Of a stretch of 64,000 nt of DNA, positions 41,016-50,935 are shown piece by piece. Both the position numbers and the translations under genes were made by a program. How positions within the stretch are numbered: position 1 is the first letter of the stretch; each line of letters opens with the position of its first letter. This DNA comes from Promethearchaeota archaeon (GTDB taxonomy: Archaea; Asgardarchaeota; Lokiarchaeia; Sigyniarchaeales; SOKP01). The stretch lies in the NCBI GenBank assembly GCA_019058245.1, contig JAHPZJ010000013.1, positions 105,166 through 169,165 on the forward strand. The letters are read 5' to 3'. A model generated the notes under the pieces. The model made no database searches. It had not been told where the DNA came from and saw only the letters and a program-made list of their open reading frames with translations.

Positions 41016-41276
41016 TTATATTAGAAATGTGCTAATTTTTTTAATTAATTCGATATAATCATTGTTCAAAGAGATTTGAGTGGAAAAGATCTTTATAAAA
41101 CTTATAACCGCACACCCTCATCCTCCAGTATTATTATCACCAGTATCAACTCCGCTATTTATATACAAGATAACAAGAACTGTAATAATCGATCCAATTC
41201 CTATTATTATTAGTACTGAAATAAGAATCTTCTTAATTTTTCCTTTTCTTAATTCAGTTAAATTAGATTCACTCAT
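41016..41276 (-). CDS. Candidate small membrane selenoprotein (86 aa, Sec53)
   Basis: SD + ATG, one TM, GGA GGA TGA GGG TGT with TGA at 41118-41120, frame open to TAA, SECIS adjacent. Confidence 0.7.
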
Positions 41277-41370
41277 ATCTTATCCCTTTTAATTAAATAT
41301 ACCAATTTGTTATATATTAATAAAAAGTATTTAAAAATTTTTTTTGGAAGTTATTATTACACAATTAAAT

Positions 41371-42375
41371 TTAAGAATGTTTTGAACCTTTACCTTCTTT
41401 ATGTGAAAAAATTTTATACAAGCCTATTAGTAGGGTAAAGATGGCAAAGCATAAAAATAAAATAAAAGCTGAAGTTGCTAATATAACAAAATCGCTCCAA
41501 GTAAGAGTACCTGCACTTATATACAGATAAATTATTTGTACAATTGATTTCATCAATATTACAAACAATGCAATGGTATCCGCTCCTAATATCTTAATTG
41601 TTTCTTTAATATATTCAACTCTTTCAAATATAGATCCAATAATATATAAGAAAATAAATAAATCAATAAAAAAAGAAACGAAAGTATAGACATTATTTTG
41701 TATAAAATCTAATGAACAACTTATGATAAGATAGAGCATGTAGATAAAAGTTAAAAGATAGAAAAAAGAAATATAAGCAGGAAATTTTTTAGTAAATATC
41801 AATCTTAATAATGCGAATACCAATAATACACCGTCAATTACTATAAGGATTAGAAAAACTCTTTTAATGATATCTATTAAAATAGAAGTTCTAAACAATC
41901 TTAAAATAAAAATTACAACCAATATAGTAAGAATTAGGAAAATAATGAATTCTAAAATTCTTAAAAATATTCGAGATGACTTTTTTTTATATAAATAGTC
42001 ATCTACCGTAGTAGATGTATCCATACAAAATTTGAAAGCAAAAAATGAGGTTAATATTAGGTTAGCAAAAAAACAAAAATAATAAAATAAAGCAATAAAA
42101 TTAAAAAAAATGATAAAAACAGGTATTGCCAAGATTATTGAAGTTATTACTAAAAATGCTTTTCTTTCATCAAGGTTGAAAAAAATTGTTAGAATTAGTA
42201 AGATGAAGGTAAATCCTGAAAAAAAAACCCAAGTTATTACAAGAATTATATCTAAAATGAGACTATTGATTGCTAAATTAACAAGTAATAAAAACCAAAA
42301 ACTTATGAAAATAATAATAATTATCGATAAAACTTTCTTCTTTGACAGATTTTTTAAGCCTGTAATGAATCTCAT
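41371..42375 (-). CDS. Hypothetical polytopic membrane protein
   Basis: About ten hydrophobic segments. Confidence 0.7.
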   Translation of the reverse strand: MRFITGLKNLSKKKVLSIIIIIFISFWFLLLVNLAINSLILDIILVITWVFFSGFTFILLILTIFFNLDERKAFLVITSIILAIPVFIIFFNFIALFYYFCFFANLILTSFFAFKFCMDTSTTVDDYLYKKKSSRIFLRILEFIIFLILTILVVIFILRLFRTSILIDIIKRVFLILIVIDGVLLVFALLRLIFTKKFPAYISFFYLLTFIYMLYLIISCSLDFIQNNVYTFVSFFIDLFIFLYIIGSIFERVEYIKETIKILGADTIALFVILMKSIVQIIYLYISAGTLTWSDFVILATSAFILFLCFAIFTLLIGLYKIFSHKEGKGSKHS

Positions 42376-42594
42376 GATACTTGCAATCTTAAAGCTTTCT
42401 TTAATATAGAACTTTTAATATATCATATTTTAATTATTTTGTTTTTTAGAGGAAACATTAATAATTTTTCTTTTATGTCCATAATTATTAAATTCAGTAA
42501 TCAACTGATTTGTAAAATAATAAAACAACGTTTAAATCTTTCAAATAATTTTAATTCATATATAATTTTATAAGTTAGAGAAAAAAAGACTGAA

Positions 42595-43872
42595 GTGTTA
42601 AAAGTTAGAAACCGTTGGATTGTTGTCATTGGTGCTATATTGATACAAATCGCATTAGGAACAATTTATTGTTGGGGTACTCTTACTATTTTTGTAAGTC
42701 CATATTTAAATGAACCTAAAGAAGCAACAGTATATATTTTTGGAGTAGGATTATTAACCTTTGCTATTGTTATGATTTTCGCAGGACAATTACAAAATAA
42801 ATATGGTCCTAAGAAGATAGCGATATTGGGAGGCATTTTACTTGGAGCTGGAGTTATATTATCTGCTGCTATGACTACTTTTACTGGCTTATTATTCACA
42901 TATGGGATTCTTTTTGGAGCAGGAATTGGATTTGGATACGTATGCCCTATAGCTTGTGCAAGCAAATGGTTTCCTGATAAAAAAGGATTTATTAATGGAA
43001 TCGCTGTGGCAGGTTTTGGAGCAGGATCCTTTATCTTTAATTATGTAATAAAAGCTCTTGCTAATCCTAATAATTTAGAAACTACAGATTCCAATTTTAT
43101 ATCAACTATTAGTAATAATATGCCTATAATGTTTATTGTCTTAGGAATTATATACTTAGTTTTAGTAATTGGAGGGTCTTTTACTTTAAATAACCCTCCA
43201 GAAGGATGGAAACCAGAGGGTTGGAACCCCCTTCCCCCCTCAGAAGAAAGTGGAATTTCAGGTATCGAATTTGAACGATATCAAACAATAAAATTACCTC
43301 AATTCTGGATGCTTTGGGCTACTTTTGTTTTAAGTGCAATGTCGGGCTTAATGGTGATAGGCTCTTATTCATCTTTTGCAAAAACTGTCGATGCTACGGA
43401 TAATTTTATTTATGTAATAGGTACTGTTGATTTTGTATTAATAGGCAGTTTAGCAGCATTATTCAACGGATTAGGAAGAATTTTATGGGGTAAATTAGCC
43501 GATATAATAACATATAAAAAAGCTATGTTAGTAATGTTCATAACTCAAGCAATTCTGATGAGTATTTATTTTACTTCAAATATTAACGGGCTTTATTTTA
43601 TGTTTATGACTTGTGCCATATACTTCTGCTTCGGTGGTAATTTTAGTTTATTTCCTACTGCAACAGCGGATTTATTTGGTCCAGAAAACTTAGGGCCTAA
43701 TTATGGCGTAGTGTTTACCGCTTATGGAATTGCAGGATTTGTGGGCGCCGTTGGTGTAAATATATTTGTAACTGCTTTCGGAAGTTATTTAGTGTTATTT
43801 ATAGTAATGAGCATTTTATCTATAGGAGCTGCGATATTAGCTTTTTTAATAAAGCCACCAAAAACAAGATAA
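42595..43872 (+). CDS. MFS transporter, oxalate/formate antiporter (OFA) family
   Basis: KWFPDKKG..NG, QFWMLW, NGLGR..WG..AD, GPNYG. Confidence 0.9.
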   Translation: MLKVRNRWIVVIGAILIQIALGTIYCWGTLTIFVSPYLNEPKEATVYIFGVGLLTFAIVMIFAGQLQNKYGPKKIAILGGILLGAGVILSAAMTTFTGLLFTYGILFGAGIGFGYVCPIACASKWFPDKKGFINGIAVAGFGAGSFIFNYVIKALANPNNLETTDSNFISTISNNMPIMFIVLGIIYLVLVIGGSFTLNNPPEGWKPEGWNPLPPSEESGISGIEFERYQTIKLPQFWMLWATFVLSAMSGLMVIGSYSSFAKTVDATDNFIYVIGTVDFVLIGSLAALFNGLGRILWGKLADIITYKKAMLVMFITQAILMSIYFTSNINGLYFMFMTCAIYFCFGGNFSLFPTATADLFGPENLGPNYGVVFTAYGIAGFVGAVGVNIFVTAFGSYLVLFIVMSILSIGAAILAFLIKPPKTR

Positions 43873-43999
43873 TTTTTTTTCTTTACTTTAGATTGAGATT
43901 TATTCAATTCTAAATTTTTTTTAATTGACAATATTGTAATAAAAAGTAATTTTAAAGTAAAACTGAAATTTTTTTATTAGATACATATTTTTTAAAATT

Positions 44000-44509
44000 A
44001 TGACAGAACCAAGTAAGCAAATTAGTCAAAAGGCTTTTGAATTAGGAAAAAAAAATGAATTAACATGTACGGGATGTGCTCAATCAGCAACAGCAGCCGT
44101 TCTTGATTCGTTGGGGATATGGAGTGAAGATGTTTTTAAAGCAGCAAGTGGTTTAGCAGATGGATTAGGATTGACGGGAGACGGTTCATGCGGAGCCTTA
44201 GTAGGGGCTTCAATGGTAATCGGATATTTATTTGGGAGAGAACGGAAAGATTTTAAAGATAGGATGGCACCGCTGAAGTCTTACAAAATGGTTAAACAAT
44301 TACATGATAAATATCTAAAAGAGTATGGATCCTGTCGATGTCATGACGTTCAAGAAAAGTTGGTGGGAAGGACATACAATTTCTGGGATCCTGCTGATAT
44401 GGAAGCAGCTTTCAATTCAGATGTGGGTGAGCATTGTTCAACTCTAGTGGGTAATATTGCTAAAATTGCTACCGAAATAATCCTAGAAAATGGATTTATT
44501 CCTAAATAA
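44000..44509 (+). CDS. C_GCAxxG_C_C family redox protein
   Basis: GCAQS, CGALVG, YGSCRC, C-terminal Cys. Confidence 0.88.
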   Translation: MTEPSKQISQKAFELGKKNELTCTGCAQSATAAVLDSLGIWSEDVFKAASGLADGLGLTGDGSCGALVGASMVIGYLFGRERKDFKDRMAPLKSYKMVKQLHDKYLKEYGSCRCHDVQEKLVGRTYNFWDPADMEAAFNSDVGEHCSTLVGNIAKIATEIILENGFIPK

Positions 44510-44865
44510 AATGTTTATTATTTGAAAATTTAATATTCTGAAATTTGTCGGACTCCTTTGATTTATTTTAGAATCTTTTTTTTTTTTAAAATGTGACAAA
44601 ACAAAAATCATATTATGATTGGGAATTAGCTTTACGGACTAAGCCTTTACAAAGAAAAAAAAAGAAGAGTATTGATGAAATAATTAATACCCTGGATATT
44701 CCTCATAATGAATTTAAAAAATTCCTTAAATTATGGAAGAGTAAAAATATAATATAATAAGATAAAATTTTAAATTTAGAGTATAAATCAATCAGTAATA
44801 ATTTATATTTAACCCTATAATATTTCCTAGAAACGAGATAATAAATTAATGTGGAATTACATAAG

Positions 44866-45453
44866 TTAGGGTCGTAAATTTATTGCCAATAAAGCAAATA
44901 CAACGATTAAAACTAGAGCAAACATTACTGAACTCGCTAAGATGATTTTATAGTGATATTGGTTTTCTAGTTTCTCTCGATACTGTATTCTTTTATTTTC
45001 TAATGCCCTTTGGATATTATCCCATTGTTGAAATTCTTTTCCAATTCCAATATTTATGTTTCTATTATTAACGTAATATCTTCCAATACCTCTGGCTAGT
45101 AAGGGTTTATTCCTATTTCTCTTCGAATATTTAACATGAACATTTATTCTATAACACAAATAACAAAAATCTATAAAAAAAAGAAAAAATAATGGAGACA
45201 TAAAGGAATATAGTAAACCACCAAGAAGGAGGATATCGGAATAATACGTATATAAAGGATTGTTTCTAATGAAAGTATAAATAGTTAATGCTAATATTAC
45301 AATTGATATTAGAATACCTATAATTGAGAGACCTAGAATATCATGAAAAATAATTAAAGGCAATATAATATTAAGAGAATTGAGTACCGCTAATATGATA
45401 TCAATATAATTGATAGTGCTCTTTTTGGAATCTTGTTCATCGGTAATAGTCAT
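44866..45453 (-). CDS. Hypothetical membrane protein, tandem paralog 1
   Basis: YTFIRNNPLY and QQWDNI shared with the next gene. Confidence 0.75.
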   Translation of the reverse strand: MTITDEQDSKKSTINYIDIILAVLNSLNIILPLIIFHDILGLSIIGILISIVILALTIYTFIRNNPLYTYYSDILLLGGLLYSFMSPLFFLFFIDFCYLCYRINVHVKYSKRNRNKPLLARGIGRYYVNNRNINIGIGKEFQQWDNIQRALENKRIQYREKLENQYHYKIILASSVMFALVLIVVFALLAINLRP

Positions 45454-45759
45454 TTTAATTTCTAAATGTTTGGTTTTCTTATTGAAAATTATTAACTATT
45501 GATTAAATATGATATTTAAATATTTTGAAAGGTCAAATAACTCCAGAAAATGGATTTATTTCTAGATATAATATTTATTATTTGAAGATTTAATATTCTG
45601 ATATTTTTCAAACTCCTTTGATTTATTTTAGATTTTTTCTTAAAGATTTGACAAAATTAGAATTATATTATGATTAGGAATTAGCTTTATCGACTAAAAT
45701 TTAGCAAAGAAAAGAAGGAAGAAATATTATAAAAAAATAACAAATAACCTTATCAGTGA

Positions 45760-46353
45760 TTAATAGCCCGATGCATAATTTATTGTGATTAATATGAATA
45801 TAACAAAAAAACTTACAGCAAATACAAGAGAAATTATACTAATTTTTGTAGCATTATATTGTTTTTCAATTATGTCTCTCCGTTTAAGTTTTTGATTTTC
45901 TAATTCATGACTGATGTTATCCCATTGTTGAGTTAAGCGTATCGCATTAAAACTGTATAGACCCCCTGCTCTCATCACGAAACGTTGTTTAGCAATGCTA
46001 TTTATTGTCGAAGTGTGACTATTACTTCCTATTAAATAATACAAATATACTATTTCTGGAATTAAAAAAATCCCCAATATAAGATATTTTGTTAATAATA
46101 GACTTAAAAACAGTATAGCAAATAAAAGAATTATATAACAGTAATATAAATATAAAGGGTTATTCCTTATGAAAGTATAAGTGGCCAATGATAAGATCCC
46201 AACTGATAAATAAATACCTATAATTGAGAGTATTATATTTTCATGGAAAATGATTAAAGCGAATATAATAATAAAGAAATTAATTACTGCTATTACAATA
46301 TCAGAATATTTAAGAAAACTTTTTTTAGAATCTTGCTTATTATCAATCGACAT
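45760..46353 (-). CDS. Hypothetical membrane protein, tandem paralog 2
   Basis: Paralog of 44866-45453 with a similar upstream region. Confidence 0.75.
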   Translation of the reverse strand: MSIDNKQDSKKSFLKYSDIVIAVINFFIIIFALIIFHENIILSIIGIYLSVGILSLATYTFIRNNPLYLYYCYIILLFAILFLSLLLTKYLILGIFLIPEIVYLYYLIGSNSHTSTINSIAKQRFVMRAGGLYSFNAIRLTQQWDNISHELENQKLKRRDIIEKQYNATKISIISLVFAVSFFVIFILITINYASGY

Positions 46354-46718
46354 TTTAATTTATAAATACTTTGGATTTTTATTGATAATTATTAATTATT
46401 GATTAAAAACAATATTTAAGTGTTTTGAAAGGGTAAATAATCCCAGAAAATGGATTTATTCCTTAAATAAAATATTTATTATTTGAAAATTTAATATTCT
46501 GATTGAAATATGCACAATTCCTTTGATTTATTTTAGGAGGTTTTTTTAAAAATACAACAAAACAAGAATTATATTATTGGGAATTAGCTTTATGGACTTA
46601 ACCTTCCTAAAGGAAAAAAATGTAAAAACAGTATGAAAAAACTACAATTCTGGATATTTTCCTTAATGAATCTAAGAAATTCATTTATTAAATTTTAAGC
46701 TCAATTTTGACAAAAGTT

Positions 46719-47066
46719 AAAAAGGACGAGAAGTTGCAATTGAATACTCAGGGCATCAATTGCAATGGTCTTGTTGTATCTTACATAAAGTAAGAATGAC
46801 TTCAATACAATCAATCTGCATCGGGAAAAGAAATACCGTTCATCGAATAATTGCTTATTCTATGATTGGTGTTATCGTTAAATAACCCTTCTAGTTCTTT
46901 CGAATTAGACGGATCGAACTCCGAATATAAGCCTATAAGTTTATATATCTGTTCTAATTGTGCTTTTACACACAATTTCTTTTCATATCGCTACTGATAA
47001 CCTTTCGGTTCCTATGCACTGAAGTTACAATACCACTTCTCACCGTTCATACCGGTAAGTATAAAC
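46719..47066 (-). ncRNA. Large structured non-coding RNA of unknown family (~350 nt)
   Basis: Nested long-range helices, at least eight hairpins, three GNRA loops on the minus strand, upstream TATA box, terminal U-tract, no ORF. Confidence 0.75.
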
Positions 47067-47086
47067 AAGATATGATTAAATTGAAT

Positions 47087-47096
47087 TATATTTAAA
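47087..47096 (-). promoter_or_regulatory. TATA box for the ncRNA
   Basis: TTTAAATATA about 25 nt upstream of the first hairpin. Confidence 0.5.
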
Positions 47097-47209
47097 GAAA
47101 CCTATTAATCATTTATTAAATATTAAACATTATAATATGAAACCATAGATTTTTTATGTCGAAGTTATAGAAGAAAATTAAAAGTTAATTTCATTTTAAT
47201 GAGAAAATG

Positions 47210-47314
47210 TTATACAAATAAGCCAACGATTATCAAAAAACAAATGCCTAAAGCGATTAAACCAGAAATTCCAAGAAGAGTCATTAGAATTTCATAAATC
47301 TCTTTAATTTTCAT
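47210..47314 (-). CDS. Candidate 34-aa single-TM microprotein
   Basis: MKIKEIYEILMTLLGISGLIALGICFLIIVGLFV; AAGGCGA SD-like sequence upstream. Confidence 0.5.
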   Translation of the reverse strand: MKIKEIYEILMTLLGISGLIALGICFLIIVGLFV

Positions 47315-47753
47315 TTTTTTTAATTTTTCGCCTTTTTCTTATTTTTTATATTTATATCCCTACTCATATATATAAAAATATATATTTAAAGGTTATGCTT
47401 AGGATTTGAAAGATCTCTCATTTTTTATGTTCTAGATCAATTAAAACCTTTTATATATATTCATATATATTTATTCAAAATATATTTCTTTAAAAAAAAA
47501 TTGAGATTCATTGTCTTTGTTTAACTAAATCAAATTCTCATTAAAATATCTATATATTGATATCGTTAATAATATCGTTTCATGTTTAAGCATAGTCTTT
47601 AATTTATGCGTAGTATGTTTTAATAAAAAGTTTCAGTTTTTTCAAAATCTTTTAGTCTCTAACTGATTTTTTAAAAGTCACGTGTCTTTAATATTTTATA
47701 TAAAAATTATAAATACATAAAAATTAGTAAATCAGCATATATGAAATTGAATA

Positions 47754-48557
47754 TTGTTGATCAAAAAGCATTGTATTATGGTTTCTAATCAAAAAAATGT
47801 TCTTAATGGCTCACAAAGCAATTTTCAAAAATCTCATAATAATATTGAAAAATTATTATTTAGTAGTGCATATACTTCTAATAATTTTAATAAAATACCT
47901 CCTATAATTGGTTGTTTAACAGCAGATCGGTATGGAAATACACTTATGGTTTTTGAATATAATTTAAAAAACCAAGACAATTATGGTCCAATCAAATCTT
48001 ATTTATCGGAAGATGAGAAAAGTTTACTAGAAATTGATTTAATTTCCATGTATTTTAGTTCATTAAAAATATTCGCAGGGCAAACAAATATACAGAATTT
48101 ATCTAATTTAGAAATTCATGGATCTAATATCAAAATTTTAATCTTTTTTCTTTTTGAAAATTATATGATAATATTATTTCTTAATTCTAAAACAGAATTA
48201 AGTTTAAAAGAGAAATCTTGTATTGTAGAATATTTTAAAGATAAAATTAAAAAATTTCAATTTGAGTTTAAATATTTTAATGCTTCAAAATCTAGAAAAG
48301 TCTTCAAAATATTAGAAAATAAGGGGAATGCGTGGCTTAAAAAGCTAAATCGAAATTATTTACAGAATTTTAAAAAATCTTATTTTAAAAAGCATGAAAT
48401 GATTGAAGAAATCAAAAGTAGGATAGCTCCAATAATAGAAAGAGTTCTCCATGAATACTTTGAGAATATTCAAGAAGATATTGTTAGTAATGTATCAAAG
48501 GAAATTCAAAATCAAATTCAAGATAAATTATTTAATTTTAAAACAAATTTAATCTAA
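47754..48557 (+). CDS. Hypothetical protein, possible longin-like domain
   Basis: ADRYGNTL...LISMYFSSLKIFA; pattern similar to 38986. Confidence 0.6.
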   Translation: MLIKKHCIMVSNQKNVLNGSQSNFQKSHNNIEKLLFSSAYTSNNFNKIPPIIGCLTADRYGNTLMVFEYNLKNQDNYGPIKSYLSEDEKSLLEIDLISMYFSSLKIFAGQTNIQNLSNLEIHGSNIKILIFFLFENYMIILFLNSKTELSLKEKSCIVEYFKDKIKKFQFEFKYFNASKSRKVFKILENKGNAWLKKLNRNYLQNFKKSYFKKHEMIEEIKSRIAPIIERVLHEYFENIQEDIVSNVSKEIQNQIQDKLFNFKTNLI

Positions 48558-48619
48558 ATATTTATTCTGTTTATAAGGAAAAAAATATTTTCACACTGTT
48601 AAATTATTTAAATTTTAAT

Positions 48620-48994
48620 CTATTTAATTTTATGAGAAAGTTTATGCATAATCCACCAGTGACCATTTAATTTCATCAAATTAAAGTAATCAATATATCC
48701 CACCGTTTCACATTCAATTTTAATTTTTACAGCAGCAATATTCTCTGTTATATCAATATAATAAAAATGAGTTTTCCAAGTCAAATTGTTATTTACTTCT
48801 TTAGGATTATACCACGATAAATATTCCTCTTTATCAACAATCCAAAGCTTATTATCTTTATCAAATAAAAAGAATTTCCATTCATCATGTAATATTTGTT
48901 TATACAATTCTGGGTTATTTTTAGCATGACCTTCATGGTAAAAATCCATAATGGCTTTTTTAATCACTTCTTTTTCAGTATGAGTTCTAGACAT
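48620..48994 (-). CDS. NTF2-like / lumazine-binding family protein
   Basis: IDIT..IAAVK, YIDYFNLMKLNGHWWIMHK. Confidence 0.8.
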   Translation of the reverse strand: MSRTHTEKEVIKKAIMDFYHEGHAKNNPELYKQILHDEWKFFLFDKDNKLWIVDKEEYLSWYNPKEVNNNLTWKTHFYYIDITENIAAVKIKIECETVGYIDYFNLMKLNGHWWIMHKLSHKIK

Positions 48995-49052
48995 AGTTTA
49001 ATATTTAGAATTTAGACCTCTACTTATAAATATAAATTGTCTTAAATACTTA

Positions 49053-49271
49053 TTAAATATGAGAATTTCTATTCTTTTTCTTCCTGACAATCAATAATCC
49101 AAGAAGTATAAAAATAAAGTCAAAAGAGATATCTCTCATAAGAATGAAAACTCCTAAAGGAATTAAGGCTAGGTTAATAATGAATACTACGATTACATAT
49201 CCAACTGAAGATGCTCCAACTATAAATAGAAAATAACCAAAAATTAAATCAAATTCAATTTTTTTTTTCAT
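49053..49271 (-). CDS. Small membrane protein
   Basis: Two TMs, basic tail. Confidence 0.5.
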   Translation of the reverse strand: MKKKIEFDLIFGYFLFIVGASSVGYVIVVFIINLALIPLGVFILMRDISFDFIFILLGLLIVRKKKNRNSHI

Positions 49272-49422
49272 TATTCACGCTAGAAAATTATTATATTTCG
49301 ATTTCCGACAATATATCTTAATTGTTACAAATATATGAAATAAGAATATTTAATTGATTCGATTTTAGCAATATTTCTACATCAAAGAAATTCCATATTT
49401 TAAAGAATAAAATTTATTAGTC

Positions 49423-50397
49423 TTATTTGACAAGATTTTTCAATATTTGCTCAAGTTCTTGGTATAAATGGGGGTAAAGTCTCGCGAATAAGCGATACCA
49501 ATCTATCCCAATCATTGCTCCAGCAATTAAACAAAGAATAATACCCATAAGGACAATTATTTCGTGATTAATTTTAAAAAGGATTTCTGGTAAAAAATCT
49601 GTTCCATGTATAAATAGATTAACAGAAAAACTACTGAATAATATTCCAAAAGGATATAGTAATAATTTTGGAAATTTAAAGAAATTGAGAGAATCTGCAT
49701 CAATTGGATTGAATATTGATGACACATTTATAGAATTGTTACTTCTTCTTTTCTCGAAAAATTTCAATTTGAAAAAATCTCTCCAATCTCTAAAAATCAG
49801 AAAACTTCCACTAAATAAAAACAAAAATAATAGAATCATATCAAGAGCTAAATAAATCCTTAATTGAGTCTTCAAGATTTTATATTGAATCATAATAGAT
49901 CTTATTATCCAAAAAAAAATACCAATGAGAATGAATAAAATACCAAAAAATCCTTCATGAATATGATATTTTCGAATTAATTTTCGTTTCTTATCCTGAT
50001 TTGAATTATTTTTAATATATTTAAAGAAATTTAGTATCAAACCAGGTGATACTATAGAAAAACAAATAATAGCAGTAGCATCTTGAACAATACCCATATT
50101 TAAGAAATTAATTTTAAAATTAAAAAATTCAAAAAAATATATTAAAATCCATATTGGAGTTCCAGTTAATATTATTATAAAGAATATTTTATTGTATATG
50201 TTTAAATTAATCAAAAAAAAAAGAAAATAAAAATATAAGATAAAATAACTAATAGTAAACGTCCAACTAACCTGTGATTCAATTGAAGTCTCATCAAATT
50301 GTTGATTATAATAATAAAAATAAGAAAGAACAATTATGCTAAAAAAAACAAAAGAAATTAAAATTGCTTTTTTTAAATAGAAAAGATAAGTATTCAT
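49423..50397 (-). CDS. Hypothetical membrane protein
   Basis: Multiple TMs, YHIHEGFFG motif. Confidence 0.7.
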   Translation of the reverse strand: MNTYLFYLKKAILISFVFFSIIVLSYFYYYNQQFDETSIESQVSWTFTISYFILYFYFLFFLINLNIYNKIFFIIILTGTPIWILIYFFEFFNFKINFLNMGIVQDATAIICFSIVSPGLILNFFKYIKNNSNQDKKRKLIRKYHIHEGFFGILFILIGIFFWIIRSIMIQYKILKTQLRIYLALDMILLFLFLFSGSFLIFRDWRDFFKLKFFEKRRSNNSINVSSIFNPIDADSLNFFKFPKLLLYPFGILFSSFSVNLFIHGTDFLPEILFKINHEIIVLMGIILCLIAGAMIGIDWYRLFARLYPHLYQELEQILKNLVK

Positions 50398-50587
50398 TAA
50401 ACCCTTTAAAATTCCTTTAAATATTAAAATTCTTATTACTTATTCTTAGTTTTATTTATTAAGAATTCAATAAAAAATTCTTTTTTAAAATCCTATAAAA
50501 CTTCAAAATTATTCCAAAGGATTTTATAATATCTCATTGATGTTGTTTACTTAAGTTAAATAAAATTTTAAATTAAATCAAAAAAGT

Positions 50588-50935
50588 GTGATATATATGA
50601 GTTTTGATGATTTTGATGAGGATTTAGATTTAGCTGGGGAAAAACCAGTAAGATCCAAAACTCCTGCTTCTAAAACTCCTACAGCAGGTAAAAAAGTAAC
50701 TTTGTATTTTATGTCAACCATCGGACCAGGTGAAAAAAAGGAAAAATTAACAGTTAATAACAATAATAGAGTAAAAGATATTAAAAGGACTCTAGGTAAT
50801 CTGTATGGACTTAATCCTAACGATTTTCATTTATCATCTGGTGGAGTTACAATGGATGAAAATAGTCAATTGGATGATTATAGTGTAAATGATGGTGATG
50901 ATATTCTTTTAATCCCTGCAAGTACAGCAGGTTAA
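50588..50935 (+). CDS. Ubiquitin-like (beta-grasp) protein with N-terminal disordered extension
   Basis: VKDIK...L..GG..MDE...LDDYSVNDGDDILL; ends STAG; ATG at 50597 is the likely start. Confidence 0.75.
   Translation: MIYMSFDDFDEDLDLAGEKPVRSKTPASKTPTAGKKVTLYFMSTIGPGEKKEKLTVNNNNRVKDIKRTLGNLYGLNPNDFHLSSGGVTMDENSQLDDYSVNDGDDILLIPASTAG

Larger units (their letters stand above)
44475..46680 (+). repeat. Three diverged ~200-250 bp direct repeats (about 44475-44720, 45535-45745, 46435-46680)
   Basis: Shared AGAAAATGGATTTATT, TTTATTATTTGAA.ATTTAATATTCTGA, CCTTTGATTTATTTTAG, GGAATTAGCTTTA. Confidence 0.8.

Noticed and set aside
41080..41292. Track ORF, + strand, 70 aa
   Set aside because: Antisense shadow of the minus-strand selenoprotein candidate, which has an SD, a TM and a SECIS
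46719..47066. Identification of the structured RNA as RNase P RNA, SRP RNA or tRNA
   Set aside because: No P4/CR-I/CR-V motifs, no SRP helix-8 motif and no cloverleaf seen by eye; a covariance search is still needed
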